Part shown: positions 1 to 12,861 of the stretch, in pieces
How positions within the stretch are numbered: position 1 is the first letter of the stretch
Layout: the number at the start of each line of letters is the position of its first letter
DNA from: Nemertoderma westbladi
Taxonomy: Eukaryota; Animalia; Xenacoelomorpha
DNA: 48,879 nt
NCBI GenBank assembly: GCA_032718475.1
Contig: JAUCBJ010007272.1
Span: 1 to 48,879 of the forward strand
Direction of reading: 5' to 3'
Notes under the pieces: generated by a model
Database searches by the model: none
Told to the model about the DNA's origin: nothing
Seen by the model: only the letters and a program-made list of their open reading frames with translations
Program-made: the position numbers and the translations under genes

Positions 1-1674
1 AGATCGAAATTATCGCACCGAGAATTTATCATCTTTGTGCCCACGAATCTATTGTTGCAATTGTAATCTCCTTTGCTGCCAAACACGGCCGCAGATTTGC
101 GGAAACGTAATACTTAAGTCATAGTAGCTTGCCATGTATCCACTCGAGTGCAACAGGTCAATCAGTTCTCTAGATCCAAAACGATGGTGAACTTGTAATG
201 CCAAGCCTAGTGTAGTTTGATTATATATTTTAGCAATAAGGGATTGATTGTGAAATGCAAATTGACTCTATAAATATTACCATACGAATACTTATCGTGA
301 TATATTAGTGAGAGTAATGAACTGCTTGTGGATGATATCATGTTGTTGTATGATAATGTATTTGAATTATTGTAGAACTTGCGATGAGATTCATCTTCAA
401 GTTGCTTTATTTCAGACGTTATTTTTTGGACTAAGGAGTTAATATTACTGTTAATATTATTGGTTGAGGGACGTTGATCTGCTTTCAGTGGAAATTGAAG
501 CCTTGTTTTAAAACAAATACCACTTGCACGCCTTCTGCATGCAGTACAAAAAATCTTATCACCAAAATGAGCTTGAATTTTATTGATTAGATTTGTGCGT
601 TGACTGCCTTGTAGAGCTGTGACGGTGTCTTCTTCTGTACCAAATGAATGGAGGGAAGATATACTGTATATATGCCGAATATCTCACTAGAATCCCAAAT
701 TTTAATTTGGTCTTTTTCAAGTTTCTCGACCATTTTTATGAAGGCCTTCTCGCTCGGTTTCTCCACCCTAACATCTTTTAACATCTTCTATATCTATAGT
801 TTTTATCAAGGCCGCCATTGAGTTCCTTTTACCAGTGAAGGCTTTATAGCAATCATTCTGAAACTTCGCGCCACTTGTAATGACATCACCACAAACGGAA
901 CCTAAGCGAAATTCGACTTTTCCTACCAGTTCATCTACTCGAAGCCCTCGTAATTTACATATTCGTAGGAGTTCATCTGCACCTCGACCGTCTGACACTC
1001 AACTACTCTTCTCCATCGTCCGGTATTCTTTGGATATTTCTTGAGACTATTTCTCACCGCAAATAATACAACTCCTCGTGGGGCGGGTGGTAAAACGTCC
1101 TAAGTCTAAAAAAGTTGTTCTGAGAAAACACGTTTTTTGTTTACTATTTTAACAAAAATGCACATTTACACTGTTTTATTTCTCTTTCTAACTTTAAAAG
1201 GGTGTTGAATCGTTTTCTGATACCAGAAATACAGATAAACAGCCTCCTTGTAGGGCTTTTTGACAAATTTGCAACATAGGACGTTTTACCAATTTATATT
1301 TTAATGCGACATAGGACATTATATAACCAATCTTTTTTATGTTTATAACATAGGACGTTTTACCATCTTAAATATTTATGCGACATAGGACATTTTACAA
1401 ACTTTTTTCCAAGAAGTTTCGCAAAGCCCCCCCCCCCCCCCCCCCCCCCCCTCCGAATTATTAGGAGTAATATACAATTATACAAATAAATGTTTTGTTG
1501 TTGTTTAATATTTATTGTTATTTTTCAATAGTTGTATTGTTTATAACAAAATTATCTAAAGATAAACCAACATAAAGTTTAATCACTTTCAATTTCGTCA
1601 TTTCCCGCAACTATGATATCATCATTCACGAATTGAGATTCCGACAGTGTTTCGTAATATGCCCCGTTTGTTTT

Positions 1675-4124
1675 TTATATAAGACCTTGTTGGCAAATAT
1701 CAAGTAAATCTTTTTTTTTCTTTAGACTAATCTTACGGGGACCAGTGAAAGCTAGAGACAGAGATGGGAGATTCTTACCTGCTGCATAAACTTCTTTACC
1801 TGTAGCTTTTCCTTTAAAATTTTGCTTTTTCCCCTTTCCTTTACTACGTAGATTGCATCTGTCTCCAACTTTAGTTTCAGCTTTTGGTTTAATTTCAACA
1901 ACTTTAAATGGTTCATCCTCAGCACTAAAGCTGTATTTAAACTGAATGATGTTAGTATTTGTTTTCTGAAACCTCATCCATTTGACCTTAAGCCAGTTAA
2001 CATACTGTTTTTTCTGTTTTTTACAGCTCCGTTTATTGATCATTTTACCAATTTGGTCACCGACCTGTTCACCATTACATTCACCAATACGTCCACCCCT
2101 TTCTTCAACGACCTGTTCACCACTCCGTCCACCAATACATCCACCCCTTTGTTCAACGACCTGTTTACCACACCGTCCACCAATACATCCACCCCTTTGT
2201 TCAACGACCTGTTCATCACTCCGTCCACCAATAAGTCACCCCTTTCTTCACCGACCTGTTCAAAACTCCGTCCACCAATACATCCACCCCTTTCTTCAAC
2301 GACCTGTTCACCACTCCGTCCACCAATACATCCACCCCTTTGTTCAACGACCTGTTCATCACTCCGTCCACCAATACATCCACCCCTTTCTTCAACGACC
2401 TGTTCACCACTCCGTCCACCAATACATCCACCCCTTTGTTCAACGACCTGTTCACTCACTCCGTCCACCAATAAGTCTACCCCTTTCTTCACCGACCTGT
2501 TCAAAACTCCGTCCACCAATACATCCACCCCTTTCTTCAACGACCTGTTCACCACTCCGTCCACCAATACATCCACCCCTTTGTTCAACGACCTGTTCAC
2601 CACTCCGTCCACCAATACATCCACCCCTTTGTTCAACGACCTGTTCACCACTCCGTCCACCAATAAGTCTACCCCTTTCTTCACCGACCTGTTCACCACT
2701 CCGTCCACCAATACATCCACCCCTTTGTTCAACGACCTGTTCACCACTCCGTCCACCAATACATCCACCCCTTTGTTCAACGACCTGTTCACCACTCCGT
2801 CCACCAATACATCCACCCCTTTGTTCAACGACCTGTTCACCACTCCGTCCACCAATACATCCACCCCTTTGTTCAACGACCTGTTCACCACTCCGTCCAC
2901 CAATACATCCACCCCTTTGTTCAACGACCTGTTCACCACTCCGTCCACCAATACAGTCTACCCCTTTCTTCACCGACCTGTTCACCACTCCGTCCACCAA
3001 TACATCCACCCCTTTGTTCAACGACCTGTTCACCACTCCGTCCACCAATAAGTCTACCCTTTTCTTCAACGACCTGTTCACCACTCCGTCCACCAATACA
3101 TCCACCCCTTTGTTCAACGACCTGTTCACCACTCCGTCCACCAATAAGTCCACCCCTTTCTTCACCGACCTGTTCAAAACTCCGTCCACCAATACATCCA
3201 CCCCTTTCTTCAACGACCTGTTCACCACTCCGTCCACCAATACATCCACCCCTTTCTTCAACGACCTGTTCACCACTCCGTCCACCAATACATCCACCCC
3301 TTTGTTCAACGACCTGTTCACAACTCCGTCCACCAATACATCCACCCCTTTCTTCAACGACCTGTTCACCACTCCGTCCACCAATACATCCACCCCTTTC
3401 TTCAACGACCTGTTCACCACTCCGTCCACCAATACAGTCCACCCCTTTCTTCACCGACCTGTTCACCACTCCGTCCACCAATACATCCACCCCTTTGTTC
3501 AACGACCTGTTCACAACTCCGTCCACCAATAAGTCTACCCTTTTCTTCAACGACCTGTTCACCACTCCGTCCACCAATACATCCACCCCTTTGTTCAACG
3601 ACCTGTTCACCACTCCGTCCACCAATAAGTCTACCCCTTTCTTCACCGACCTGTTCACCACTCCGTCCACCAATACATCCACCCCTTTCTTCAATGACCT
3701 GTTCACCACTCCGTCCACCAATACATCCACCCCTTTCTTCAACGACCTGTTCACCACTACATTCACCTATTCGTTCACACCTTCGTTCACCATTCACCTG
3801 TCCACCACTCCCTACACCAACCTCTACACTGATCTGTTTTTCGACTGTATCATTGACACTAATGTCACTTATTACACGACGGTTAACAATAAGAACCTTA
3901 CATAGTTTCTTGAAATCGTAGATATCACTTTGTTTTAACCAAGTGATCTTATATGGATTATTTCGCCTCGCTCCCAGAATTATATTTGTCCAATCATTAG
4001 GAACTTCTACTACCTGATTAGATTTAGCATACTCTATTGCGGAGTGCATGCTGTCCCCTTCCATATAGCTATGTCCACTTTCGATTTTTATCTTTGAATT
4101 AGTTCTGTCTAGAATACTAAACAT
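1675..4124 (-). pseudogene. Sola-like transposase C-terminal half, split by the tandem repeat; N-terminal catalytic part missing
   Basis: ORF pieces 3414-4124 and 1675-2043 carry consecutive transposase motifs on either side of the minisatellite. Confidence 0.7.
2053..3800. repeat. 48-bp minisatellite, about 35 copies
   Basis: Unit TTCTTCAACGACCTGTTCACCACTCCGTCCACCAATACATCCACCCCT with a few recurrent variants; gives 16-aa periodic translations in several frames. Confidence 0.97.
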
Positions 4125-5575
4125 TGCGACATTTTGGTCTTTCTGGAATCACTAAATGCCATTCAGCAACAAATACTAACTATTAATAGTAATGGAACTC
4201 CTGTCTTGACTGACCTTTAACGTGACAAAACGTCCTATGTTTCACTTTTAATTTGTTATTTGTAATCGTTTTTTCGACTTAGGACAACTTACCACCTTAA
4301 GTATAAAGTTAGGACGTTTTACCATCCGTAGCCTTAACTTAGGACAACTGAAAATTTGCAAATAACTCCGTTAAACTGTTATTTTATCACTAATCCTTTG
4401 GTAGAAAGGAGGGAAATTCAATTTTATACCCGATTCACTCAAAACATGAATTTTGAGAAAATTTGACTTAGGACGTTTTACCACCCGCCCCACGTCCTGT
4501 TAAAATCAAAGTTTTCATTGGATCGCAACCGTTTAGGAGCTTTGATACCATTTTGGGTATCATTACCACTTCCATTTTGAGATGGCATATTTTCGCAATA
4601 TTTTTCAATAAGAAATATCACAGAATTGTTCTAGAACAATAATTTACAAACACATTACACTAAATTTTTTATTTAAAAACAAATATTTATTTTTCTGGAG
4701 CATTTTTAAAAATACAATATTATTTATTATTATGCGTTAAATTGTGATGCAATAAATTACGTGTGTTTTTCCATATTTAAAAAGTAACAATTAATAATTC
4801 ATAAATAAAGGCAAAAGAAAATATGATTTTTAAAGCTACTAGCTAGTACAAAAATTTAGCCCATTGCAATACCCTTGTAAAATACTACCACATTTCCAAA
4901 ACGTAACTGTTTGATGTAAAACATGATATTGAAAAAATGATATTTAAAATTTTGAAAAATAGCTATTTTTATTAAAAAGTGTAAAAAAATATTTTTTCTA
5001 GAAAAAAGTTTTATTTAGTTAAATAGCTTATATTAGAATATAGAATATATTACTAGTTTTAGTAATATATTCTAGAACATTAAAAAAAAGTAGTGGAATC
5101 CTGAAAAGTGAGCATATATACTATACTATAATGCCGTTAGTTAGAGGCACTACTGGAGGAAGGGCGATCTATACAGACAACACACTTCCTCCTATATGAC
5201 AATGATAATGGTTAAAACAAAAAATTACACACCCTGCCCGTATCGGTAGTGTATTTTAAGTATTAATTTTCAGTGACAATTACTGCTTACTATTAAACTT
5301 ACACTATAAAACTATTCTGGAACATCAGTTTATATCACAATTGCTCTCGAAACGGCCTCTAACAAGGTTCTTGTTGTTTTGAGCGAAAGTGCACACTTAA
5401 AATTCGAATAAAAAAAATTGCTCAAACTAATTGTTCCGGAAATTACTCGATTTCGTATTGGGACAATACAAACTATCATTCAAAGAAAAAAAATTGGGTC
5501 CGTACGCTACTTTAAGGTTGTTGAATTAGGTGACTAAGGGCGTCTCCTGGACTAATCATAACTGATCGCGGGTAA

Positions 5576-6985
5576 ATGCTTGGAAGTATGGATATGAATC
5601 CATTCGATACGTTGCCAGACGAAATGTTATTGCATATCCTCAACTACCTCCTCGAGTTTGATCTGTATCGCTTCTCTCTTGTGTGTCACCGTTTCTTCAA
5701 TGTTGCTAATGATCGAACGTTATGGAAGCGACTCTATCGATATCTCTACGAGTATGATGCACCCCTCATAATGCCAGAATGGGGATCATTTGACTTCCTT
5801 CACGAACCGTTTCCTGATAACCAGTGGAAAACGAGTCTCTTCCTGCTTTACGGATGTGTCCATGTGTCTTCCCGACTACATTCTGAGGTTGGACGGAGTC
5901 GACATGTAACAGCTGTGGAAACCATTGAGAGTGCAGTTACACTTGCCAACCCAGACTTCCCCCTCGTGTTGGTTCACCCAGGGACCTACCAGTGTAATAT
6001 ACGTCTCGAATCACCAGTCTGGATACTTGGTGGGGCATCTGGCACGACAGATGCTGTAGGATCAGTTTCATCCCATCAGAGTACCCCATCCTTGAGCAAC
6101 ACATCTTTGCCAATGGTGGTTGGCGCGCCCTCATACCCCATCACTGCTCCTCTCAGAGCCGGCACAGAGCGGATCACAGATCGGGTGACTCTACATCCAT
6201 TGGACCATGAGAATGCGGCTGTTAGCTTCATGGAGGGATCAGGTCGCTCTTACTTAGGTTATGTCGGAATATGCGCCACCCTCATCCCTCCATCGCCGCT
6301 GCGACCACAGATAGGTGATATCAAATGCATTTATATATCCAACGCATCGCCGCGGATAGAATGTTGCATTACGCAAAAGTCAGAATTGGTTGGAATATTT
6401 GTGAGTGGCCCACGGGCCAACCCCAAGGTTATGCGCTGCTGCATCAGCGAAAGCACAGACTATGGTATACTTCTGGATGACGCTGCGACAGGGACTTTCT
6501 TGGACGTTGAAATAATTGGTACGGGGGTTGGGTTTGGGGTGCTACATGGAGCCAACCCAGTGATTCATAGGGCCCACATCAGTGATTTGATTGTGGGCAT
6601 CTTGTGCAGCGATGATGCGTTGGGATTGTTTCGGGACTGCAACATCCACAACTGTAGGGATTTCGGGATCAAGGTGAACAATTGGGCAAATCCTACCGTA
6701 ATTAACTGTGATGTGCATGCCGAAGATGATGATGATAATGATACCATTGGCGTGTGGATATTCAAAAAGGGGAAGGGTAAGTTCATTGCCAACAAAATTT
6801 ACAACTGTTTTCAAGGAATCTGTGTCACGCAGTTAGGTAACCCAATCGTCAAGTACAATGAGATATACAATCAGCTTCACGGTGGCCTTGTTGTATGTTT
6901 AAGAGGACTTGGTCTGTATGAAGACAACTATATTCACAACAATAAAAAGGAATGTCAGCGGAATTTGGCGGCTCATGGTCACTGA
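5576..6985 (+). CDS. FBXO11-like F-box protein with parallel beta-helix (PbH1/CASH) repeats; intronless, lacks the C-terminal repeats and UBR zinc finger
   Basis: F-box LPDEMLLHILNYLLEFDLYRFSLVCHRFFNVANDRTLWKRLY followed by EYxxPxxxPExGxF...NQWKxS..LYxxxHV as in FBXO11; beta-helix repeats (ANPKVMRCCIS, ANPTVINCDVH, GNPIVKYNEIY). 469-aa uninterrupted ORF. Confidence 0.85.
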   Translation: MLGSMDMNPFDTLPDEMLLHILNYLLEFDLYRFSLVCHRFFNVANDRTLWKRLYRYLYEYDAPLIMPEWGSFDFLHEPFPDNQWKTSLFLLYGCVHVSSRLHSEVGRSRHVTAVETIESAVTLANPDFPLVLVHPGTYQCNIRLESPVWILGGASGTTDAVGSVSSHQSTPSLSNTSLPMVVGAPSYPITAPLRAGTERITDRVTLHPLDHENAAVSFMEGSGRSYLGYVGICATLIPPSPLRPQIGDIKCIYISNASPRIECCITQKSELVGIFVSGPRANPKVMRCCISESTDYGILLDDAATGTFLDVEIIGTGVGFGVLHGANPVIHRAHISDLIVGILCSDDALGLFRDCNIHNCRDFGIKVNNWANPTVINCDVHAEDDDDNDTIGVWIFKKGKGKFIANKIYNCFQGICVTQLGNPIVKYNEIYNQLHGGLVVCLRGLGLYEDNYIHNNKKECQRNLAAHGH

Positions 6986-7434
6986 TTTGTGTATAATTGT
7001 AGTGCAAGGTTGTTAATTAATTATGTTTACTGCATTAATTTCGGATATATGGTGCAAAGAAGCAATTGAGTATGGCATACATTTAGTATCAATATTCAAT
7101 AATTTAATACGAGTGATATTATTGATTATCAATGATTTCGGGCATTTCGATTGGCGATTGACATAGATATTATTAGTCGATTCTAATAATGTTCTTCAAC
7201 TTAATTATTTCGCTTGATATTATTGGTTGATATAAAACATGCCCCCCTTGCTAGAGATTTTAGAAATGTGTTTTGTTTTTTATAGCATATCTTGTGCATA
7301 TGTATTTGTGCACATGATAATGTATTTGAATTAATTATTTTAATTATAAATAATATTAATATAATAATAATATAATTAATTATAATTAATATAATATAAT
7401 AATAATATAATATTAATATAATTTAATTATTTGA

Positions 7435-8396
7435 ATCTTCAAGTTGCTTTATTTCAGACGTTATTTTTTGGACTAAGGAGTTAATATTACTGTTAATATT
7501 ATTGGTTGAGGGACGTTAATCTGCTTTCAGTGGAAATCGAAGCCTTGTTTTAAAACAAATAACACTTGCACGCCTTCTGCATGCAGTACAAAAATCTTAT
7601 CACCAAAATGAGCTTGAATTTTATTAATTAGATTTGTGCGTTGACTGCCTTGTAGAGCTGTGACGGTGTCTTCTTCTGTACCAAATGAATGGAGGGAAGA
7701 TATACTGTATATATGCCGAATATCTCACAAGAATCCCAAATTTTAATTTGGTCTTTTTCAAGTTTCTCGACCATGTTTATGAAGGCCTTCTCGGTCGGTT
7801 TCTCCACCCTAATATCTTTTTTTCTTCTATATCTATAGTTTTATCAATGCCGCCATTGAGTTCCTTTTACCAGTGAATGCTTTATAGCAATCATTGTGAT
7901 ATGTACTTCGCGTCACTTGTAATGACATCACCACAAACGGAACCTAAGCGAAATTCGACTTTTCCTACCAGTTCATCTACTCGAAGCCCTCGTAATTTAC
8001 ATATTCGTAGGAGTTCATCTGCACCTCGACCGTCTGACACTCAACTGTTACTCTTCTCCATCGTCCGGTATTCTTTGGATATTTCTTGGAACATTTCTTA
8101 CCACAAATAATACAACTCCTGTTAAAATCAAAGTTTTCACTGGATCGCAACAGTTTAGGACCTTTGATACCATCACCACTTCCACTTAGAGATGGCATAT
8201 TTTCGCAATATTTTTCAATAAGAAATATCACAGAATTGTTCTAGAACAATAATTTACAAACACATTACACTAAATTTTTTATTTAAAAACAAATATTTAT
8301 TTTTCTGGAACATTTTTAAAAACACAATATTACTTATTATTATGCGTTAAATTGCGATGCAATAAATTGTGTGTTTTTCCATATTTAAAAAGTAAC
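7435..8396 (-). mobile_element. Second partial copy of the Academ-like element, without the Sola insertion
   Basis: High-identity direct duplicate of about 396-1076 plus 4499-4788. Confidence 0.85.
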
Positions 8397-8407
8397 TATA
8401 TGTATTA

Positions 8408-8687
8408 CCCTATTATTGAGTTATTTTCCCAGTTATTTAACCCGCGGGCAGGAAACAACCCGAGGGCGAAGCCCGAGGTTGTTCCTGCCCAAGGGTTAAA
8501 TAACCGGGAAATAGGATAATAATAGGGCAAATAAAAGCCTTCAGCGAATAAAACTGTAATAATCACTTCTGTCTTATCCTTCAGCAAATTAACCTAATAT
8601 AATAACCTCGGCCTGCGGCCTCGGTAATTATACAGGTTAATTTGCTTCTGGAACGGCATCAGTGATTATTCAGTTTTATTCGCTTCA
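8408..8687. mobile_element. Non-autonomous double-hairpin element of uncertain class
   Basis: Two long imperfect palindromes: 8408-8527 (centre CCGAGGGCGAAGCCCGAGG) and 8544-8683 (centre CCTCGGCCTGCGGCCTCGG). Confidence 0.65.
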
Positions 8688-9970
8688 TAGTCAAGTAGAC
8701 AGTACCGACCACCGTTCAAATAGGGTATGACTGCAGTTTTTTTTGCTGAAAGTGTTAACTTGTATAAACCATTTGAAATTATGTTATATTTCGCATAGTC
8801 CGCATTGAGCAATTTTTTCTAGAACACTATTTATCTTAACGACAGATGTTTTACATAGCAACAATAATTAATTAACCCGCAGGGGTATATTTATCTATTT
8901 AGACACTGGTCAATCATAAATAAGGAGAAACCAAGCTCGAGAAAATAAAAATGTAAGGAATAAGGATTATGTTTGCAGTTATGAGTTACAAATTTTGTAA
9001 CATTGCAGTGTTATGGCAAACACTGTTACAGGCAGTGAACTTGTAATACATACAAGGCTCGGTGTGCAATTTGGAGCTCATCACTGTGGCCAAGTAATGC
9101 ACCGACATACCTGTCTGTCAGGAATATATGCTGTCAGCACCCGAACTCTCGCTAGACATGTATCCTCAAGAACTGGTGGATAATATGTTGGAAATATGTT
9201 AATTCGAATGTGGACTTTGTGGCCGACGCATTTTGGACAGAATGGCGCAGGTTTATCCTTTTCGAAGTACTGTAGCAGTGGTTAGCCAAACTGAGATGTT
9301 GTTTCTGTAAGGTGATGTTCGGTATTACCAGTGGACCGTGAAATAAAAGGTGAAAGACTGTCGATGAAACAACTTCTGCATTTGCAGTAATTACTTTTAG
9401 TTGAATGTTTGATAATATATATATTTACACGTTATCACTGTCCTTGTTCGCACACTTGCAATAAAAATTATAAGCCCAATTTACAAATTGCTCCCACATC
9501 CAACCAAACTTTGTAGGTTATAGTGGCGGCTGCCGGCTGCATATTAAATACAGCCGCTCTCCAGAATAATACTTGCGAGCCCGCTCTTCTTATATTCATT
9601 CTTGACTGCTGCAGTTTCCTTTAATTCTAAATTTTACATCTGAAATAAATAATAATTTCATTATATTTTGTGCAAGATAATTCGCAATGCTAGGTTAGCT
9701 TTGCAGGAATTAAAAGTTCTAGGAATTCGAATAATATATCAATATCTGTGCATTATACAATAGTAAAAAAAGCCAATCAAACAGTCGGACTGAAGCATCT
9801 CTTCGAAGATAGGGAGGGCCTTTAGTCGCAATCAAAATTCATCCCTCTCCAGGGAAAAATCGACGCAAATAACAGCTGGTTACTCCCAAAAATAAAACTG
9901 TAACCTGTTCTGTTGACTTTCGTTTATCTATTTGGTTAGAATAACGTGCCACTATAACATGCTTCTGTCT

Positions 9971-10088
9971 CCCTCTTCAGTAGCTGCTACCCGAAGGTAT
10001 GACTGGTGCTACTCGTATCCCAAGGTTTGTTCCCAGTAATTCAACAGGTACGCATTTTATCGACCCCAGTCAATGAAAAAAGGTCGAG
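9971..10088 (-). mobile_element. Degenerate fragment of the SINE family seen at 26197-26457
   Basis: Shares TAGCTGCTACCCGA...ATCCCAAG...TTTTATCGACCCCAGT with the intact copy. Confidence 0.7.
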
Positions 10089-10089
10089 C

Positions 10090-11030
10090 AGAATGAGAAC
10101 CAACCTGTTGAAACTTAGAAAGACACTAAATATTGCTACAATGAACGCACGCACTCTAAAACTGCTTAGCAAACATTATTGCAGCTCTGGCAATGGAATA
10201 TTACATCGACATCATTTGTATTCAAGAATATCAGATTAGTCATGAGCCATCAAGTATAATGAATGACATTTGAAATGGACGTTTATAACGTCCATCCACT
10301 TCCAGTCTGCAAATTCAGCAGAAAGCAATTCGGTCAAAGTTTCAATTGGTTGAGTATGAATTCTCCTAAGTCCATTTACACTTCTGACACTAAACCCCAT
10401 CGAATATAAAAATTCCAGGATCATAAACTAATATAATGGCATTTAACTGCGAGGCATACAGTAGTCAGCTCGTCCAACCTAATTTGTTCGGACCAGACCA
10501 GACTGCAGAGCTCAGACTCAGTTTGAGAGCCAGTACACTCAGGACAAGCAAGCGAATCAACTATGACTGGGAGAAACTCAGAACTGACAATGCAGTAAAG
10601 GAAGCTTACACAGTAAAAAGTTCAAAATCGCAAGAGAGAAAAGATGTTAAGATACTCCTACTCCAAAGTAAAAACTGAACAGCCAACAGCCGAAAACATC
10701 AACAAGGTTGAAAAACAACTAGGCACCTGCCGAACTCCAAAGAAGTATTAAAAGCATGTCCAATTATAAAGCGAGTGGATTAGGTGAAATCCCTGAAGAG
10801 GTATGGAAAACATGAGTGCTAAAAAGACAATTTTCGGATGATTGCAACCGGATGTTAAAAGGGGAAAATTCACCACCAATTTGGACTAAAGGTCAACTAA
10901 AGCCTCTCCCCAAGAAAGGAGACCTCGGCATACCAACAAACTATCGTGGGATCTGTCTGCTTGTGGTAGCTGAGCTGCCAAAATATACAATAAAATGATT
11001 CTATATAGGATTAGGCCTCACATAGAGAAT
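10090..11030 (+). mobile_element. Decayed RTE-clade LINE fragment (family B), nested in the Academ-like element
   Basis: LNIATMNARTL endonuclease start, NCEAY...LRLSLRA, and PLPKKGDLGIPTNYRGICL RT motif; many stops. Confidence 0.75.
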
Positions 11031-12861
11031 GTTGCTCTTTTATGTTGCGTTTTATAAATAAATACAGTTGAAAAAATATTTCTATCATACCAAAAACATC
11101 TGCCATATTTTAAAATAAATAAATAAAATCTGAAATATTAAAAAAAAAATACAATAATATTGTATAAATGTTGGGTAACGGCAATATGTTCCAGAACCTT
11201 TATATGTATCAAAACTTAAAAATAGCTACATAAAAAGTATTATAAAATGAACAATAATGCTTGATAGGGCCGTGGTGATGGAGACGTTTTAAAATTCTTT
11301 TCTAACAACAATTGTAAAGCGAAAATACAAATCTTTTTAAATATAAGTATTATACAATATTCTATATATTAAATGGTGGTGTACATTAAGTATATTACCT
11401 TTAAAATTGACGTAACAACTTCGATAGAATCGGGTTCCCAAAATAGTTAGGTCTTCAAGCTCACCATCTCCCAAATCCAACGGAATCTTCAAATTTCCAG
11501 CTACTGTAATTCTTCGTATCGTGGCAATCTTGTTTCGCAAATGGCAAAAGTCCTTTCTCATATTGCTTTCGCTGCATTTTTCTAGCGTTTCCAACTTTTG
11601 GATTTTTTGGATCTAACGCCTTACATAAGGCGGTAGATCCAGATAAGGCAATCTTTCTCAAAACTAAATGTCACTATTAATCACAATATTTTTTAATTAT
11701 TTTAGTCAAAGCACTAGTCGCCTCCAAATCTCTTTAAGGTCATTTTCATTGCCTAAATGTGACTTATTACTGCAGTGTTTTGAATCATAATAAATTGTCA
11801 TTGCCTAACTAAATATAACTTATTACTGCAATGTTTTGAATCATAAAAACATAATATTCTAGAATGTTTAATGTTGTTGCTAACACATTCTCTACATAGA
11901 TTAACATTTTTTTGGTAATTTTGTTATGATTTTATCCTCCAAACAAACGGCAATAAAAAAAATTGCTCAACCTTTCCCAAAGTCTTTATAGCGAAAATTT
12001 ATTGTTATAATGTTGAACAACATCATGAGCAAATAAAATTGCAGTCATACGCTGGAGAACGGTTCGTCAGTAAAATGTACCAAGCGTCTACTCGACTATC
12101 AGGTTATTATTTCCGTATATTAACTCTAGAACATTGCAATATTGTATGTATGTATAACCGTTCTTATCTTCAGCTGAACGATTAATATGTTATCAAAACA
12201 TATTATTTTAGAAATTTTATTTATTTTTTATACCATAATTAGATCAATAAATTATAATTCTACAAGAAAAAATGTTGACTTGTTTCTCTCTCTATCTCTC
12301 ACATTATTCCTCGGCTGGTTTTACAAGGTTTTGTAATTTTGTTAATTTTGCTCTTTTAGAAACATTTGCACCCAAGGAGCTAGAAATACCTGTGAGTGAT
12401 GGAAGAGAATCATGTGGACCACTGGACGGTATAATAGGATACTGTGGCACCGACTATTACTTCGGATCAGCTAAAACCTGGGAGACCTGGTATTACTGCA
12501 TATACCCTCTTATGTAGACAGCCACCGACCTAAGTGTATATTCATTGGTTATGTAAAATAACTATCAACAATTGGGGTTTTTCCATTATTCGTCATATTT
12601 TTTTTAGGTTAATTTGAATATGTTTCCACTGCTTTAGACTGACTGAGCGGTACTGTGCAGATGCAAACAAGGTAATAACGGATACAATTTAGCTATTTTG
12701 ATTTTATTCATTTATTAATTATTTGTTTTAGCTATTAATTACTGTTTCATTTAGTTTAATATTAATAAGATCGCATGAAATGTGACACATAAATAGATTA
12801 TTATCCTCTGGACTTATTATTTTAGTTATAATTTTTATTTTCGTTGTTTACTCTTTGGTTA

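Larger units (their letters stand above)
1077..4494 (-). mobile_element. Sola-like (probably Sola1) DNA transposon, internally deleted
   Basis: Perfect 30-bp TIRs CGTGGGGCGGGTGGTAAAACGTCCTAAGTC (1077-1106 / 4465-4494). 4-bp TSD TCCT (1073-1076 / 4495-4498); the empty site AACTCCTGTTAAAA is seen in the paralogous copy near 8114. Subterminal TAGGACGTTTTACC repeats. Transposase C-half motifs GHSYMEGDSMHSAIE, YDFK, VNWLKVKWMRF, KKKDLLDICQQGLI. Confidence 0.8.
1..5128 (-). mobile_element. Degenerate Academ-like DNA transposon (5' part of transposase), interrupted by a Sola-like insertion at 1077-4494
   Basis: Minus-strand fragments read FDFNRSCIICG...DVITSGAKFQNDCY (CxxC...DxxxxxAxyHxxCY-like N-terminus), *VLRFRKSAA and CDNFD near position 1, with stops and frameshifts. 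The right boundary (TAG terminus on the minus strand near 5123-5128) is a guess. The element runs off the left window edge. Confidence 0.55.
8688..12098 (-). mobile_element. Academ-like DNA transposon, both ends present, internally decayed
   Basis: Imperfect TIRs starting TAGTCRAGTAGAC...GTATGACTGCA; 3-bp TSD TCA (8685-8687 / 12099-12101). Transposase relics DLTILGTRFYRSCYVNF (about 11400-11460) and SDELQIAHRALY (about 9050-9090). Confidence 0.75.

Noticed and set aside
2053-3800. CRISPR-like array
   Set aside because: Head-to-tail repeats with no unique spacers, in a eukaryotic context with no cas genes.
1982-3921. Many overlapping long ORFs (Pro/Thr-rich, mucin-like)
   Set aside because: Artefacts of a stop-poor 48-bp tandem repeat read in several frames.
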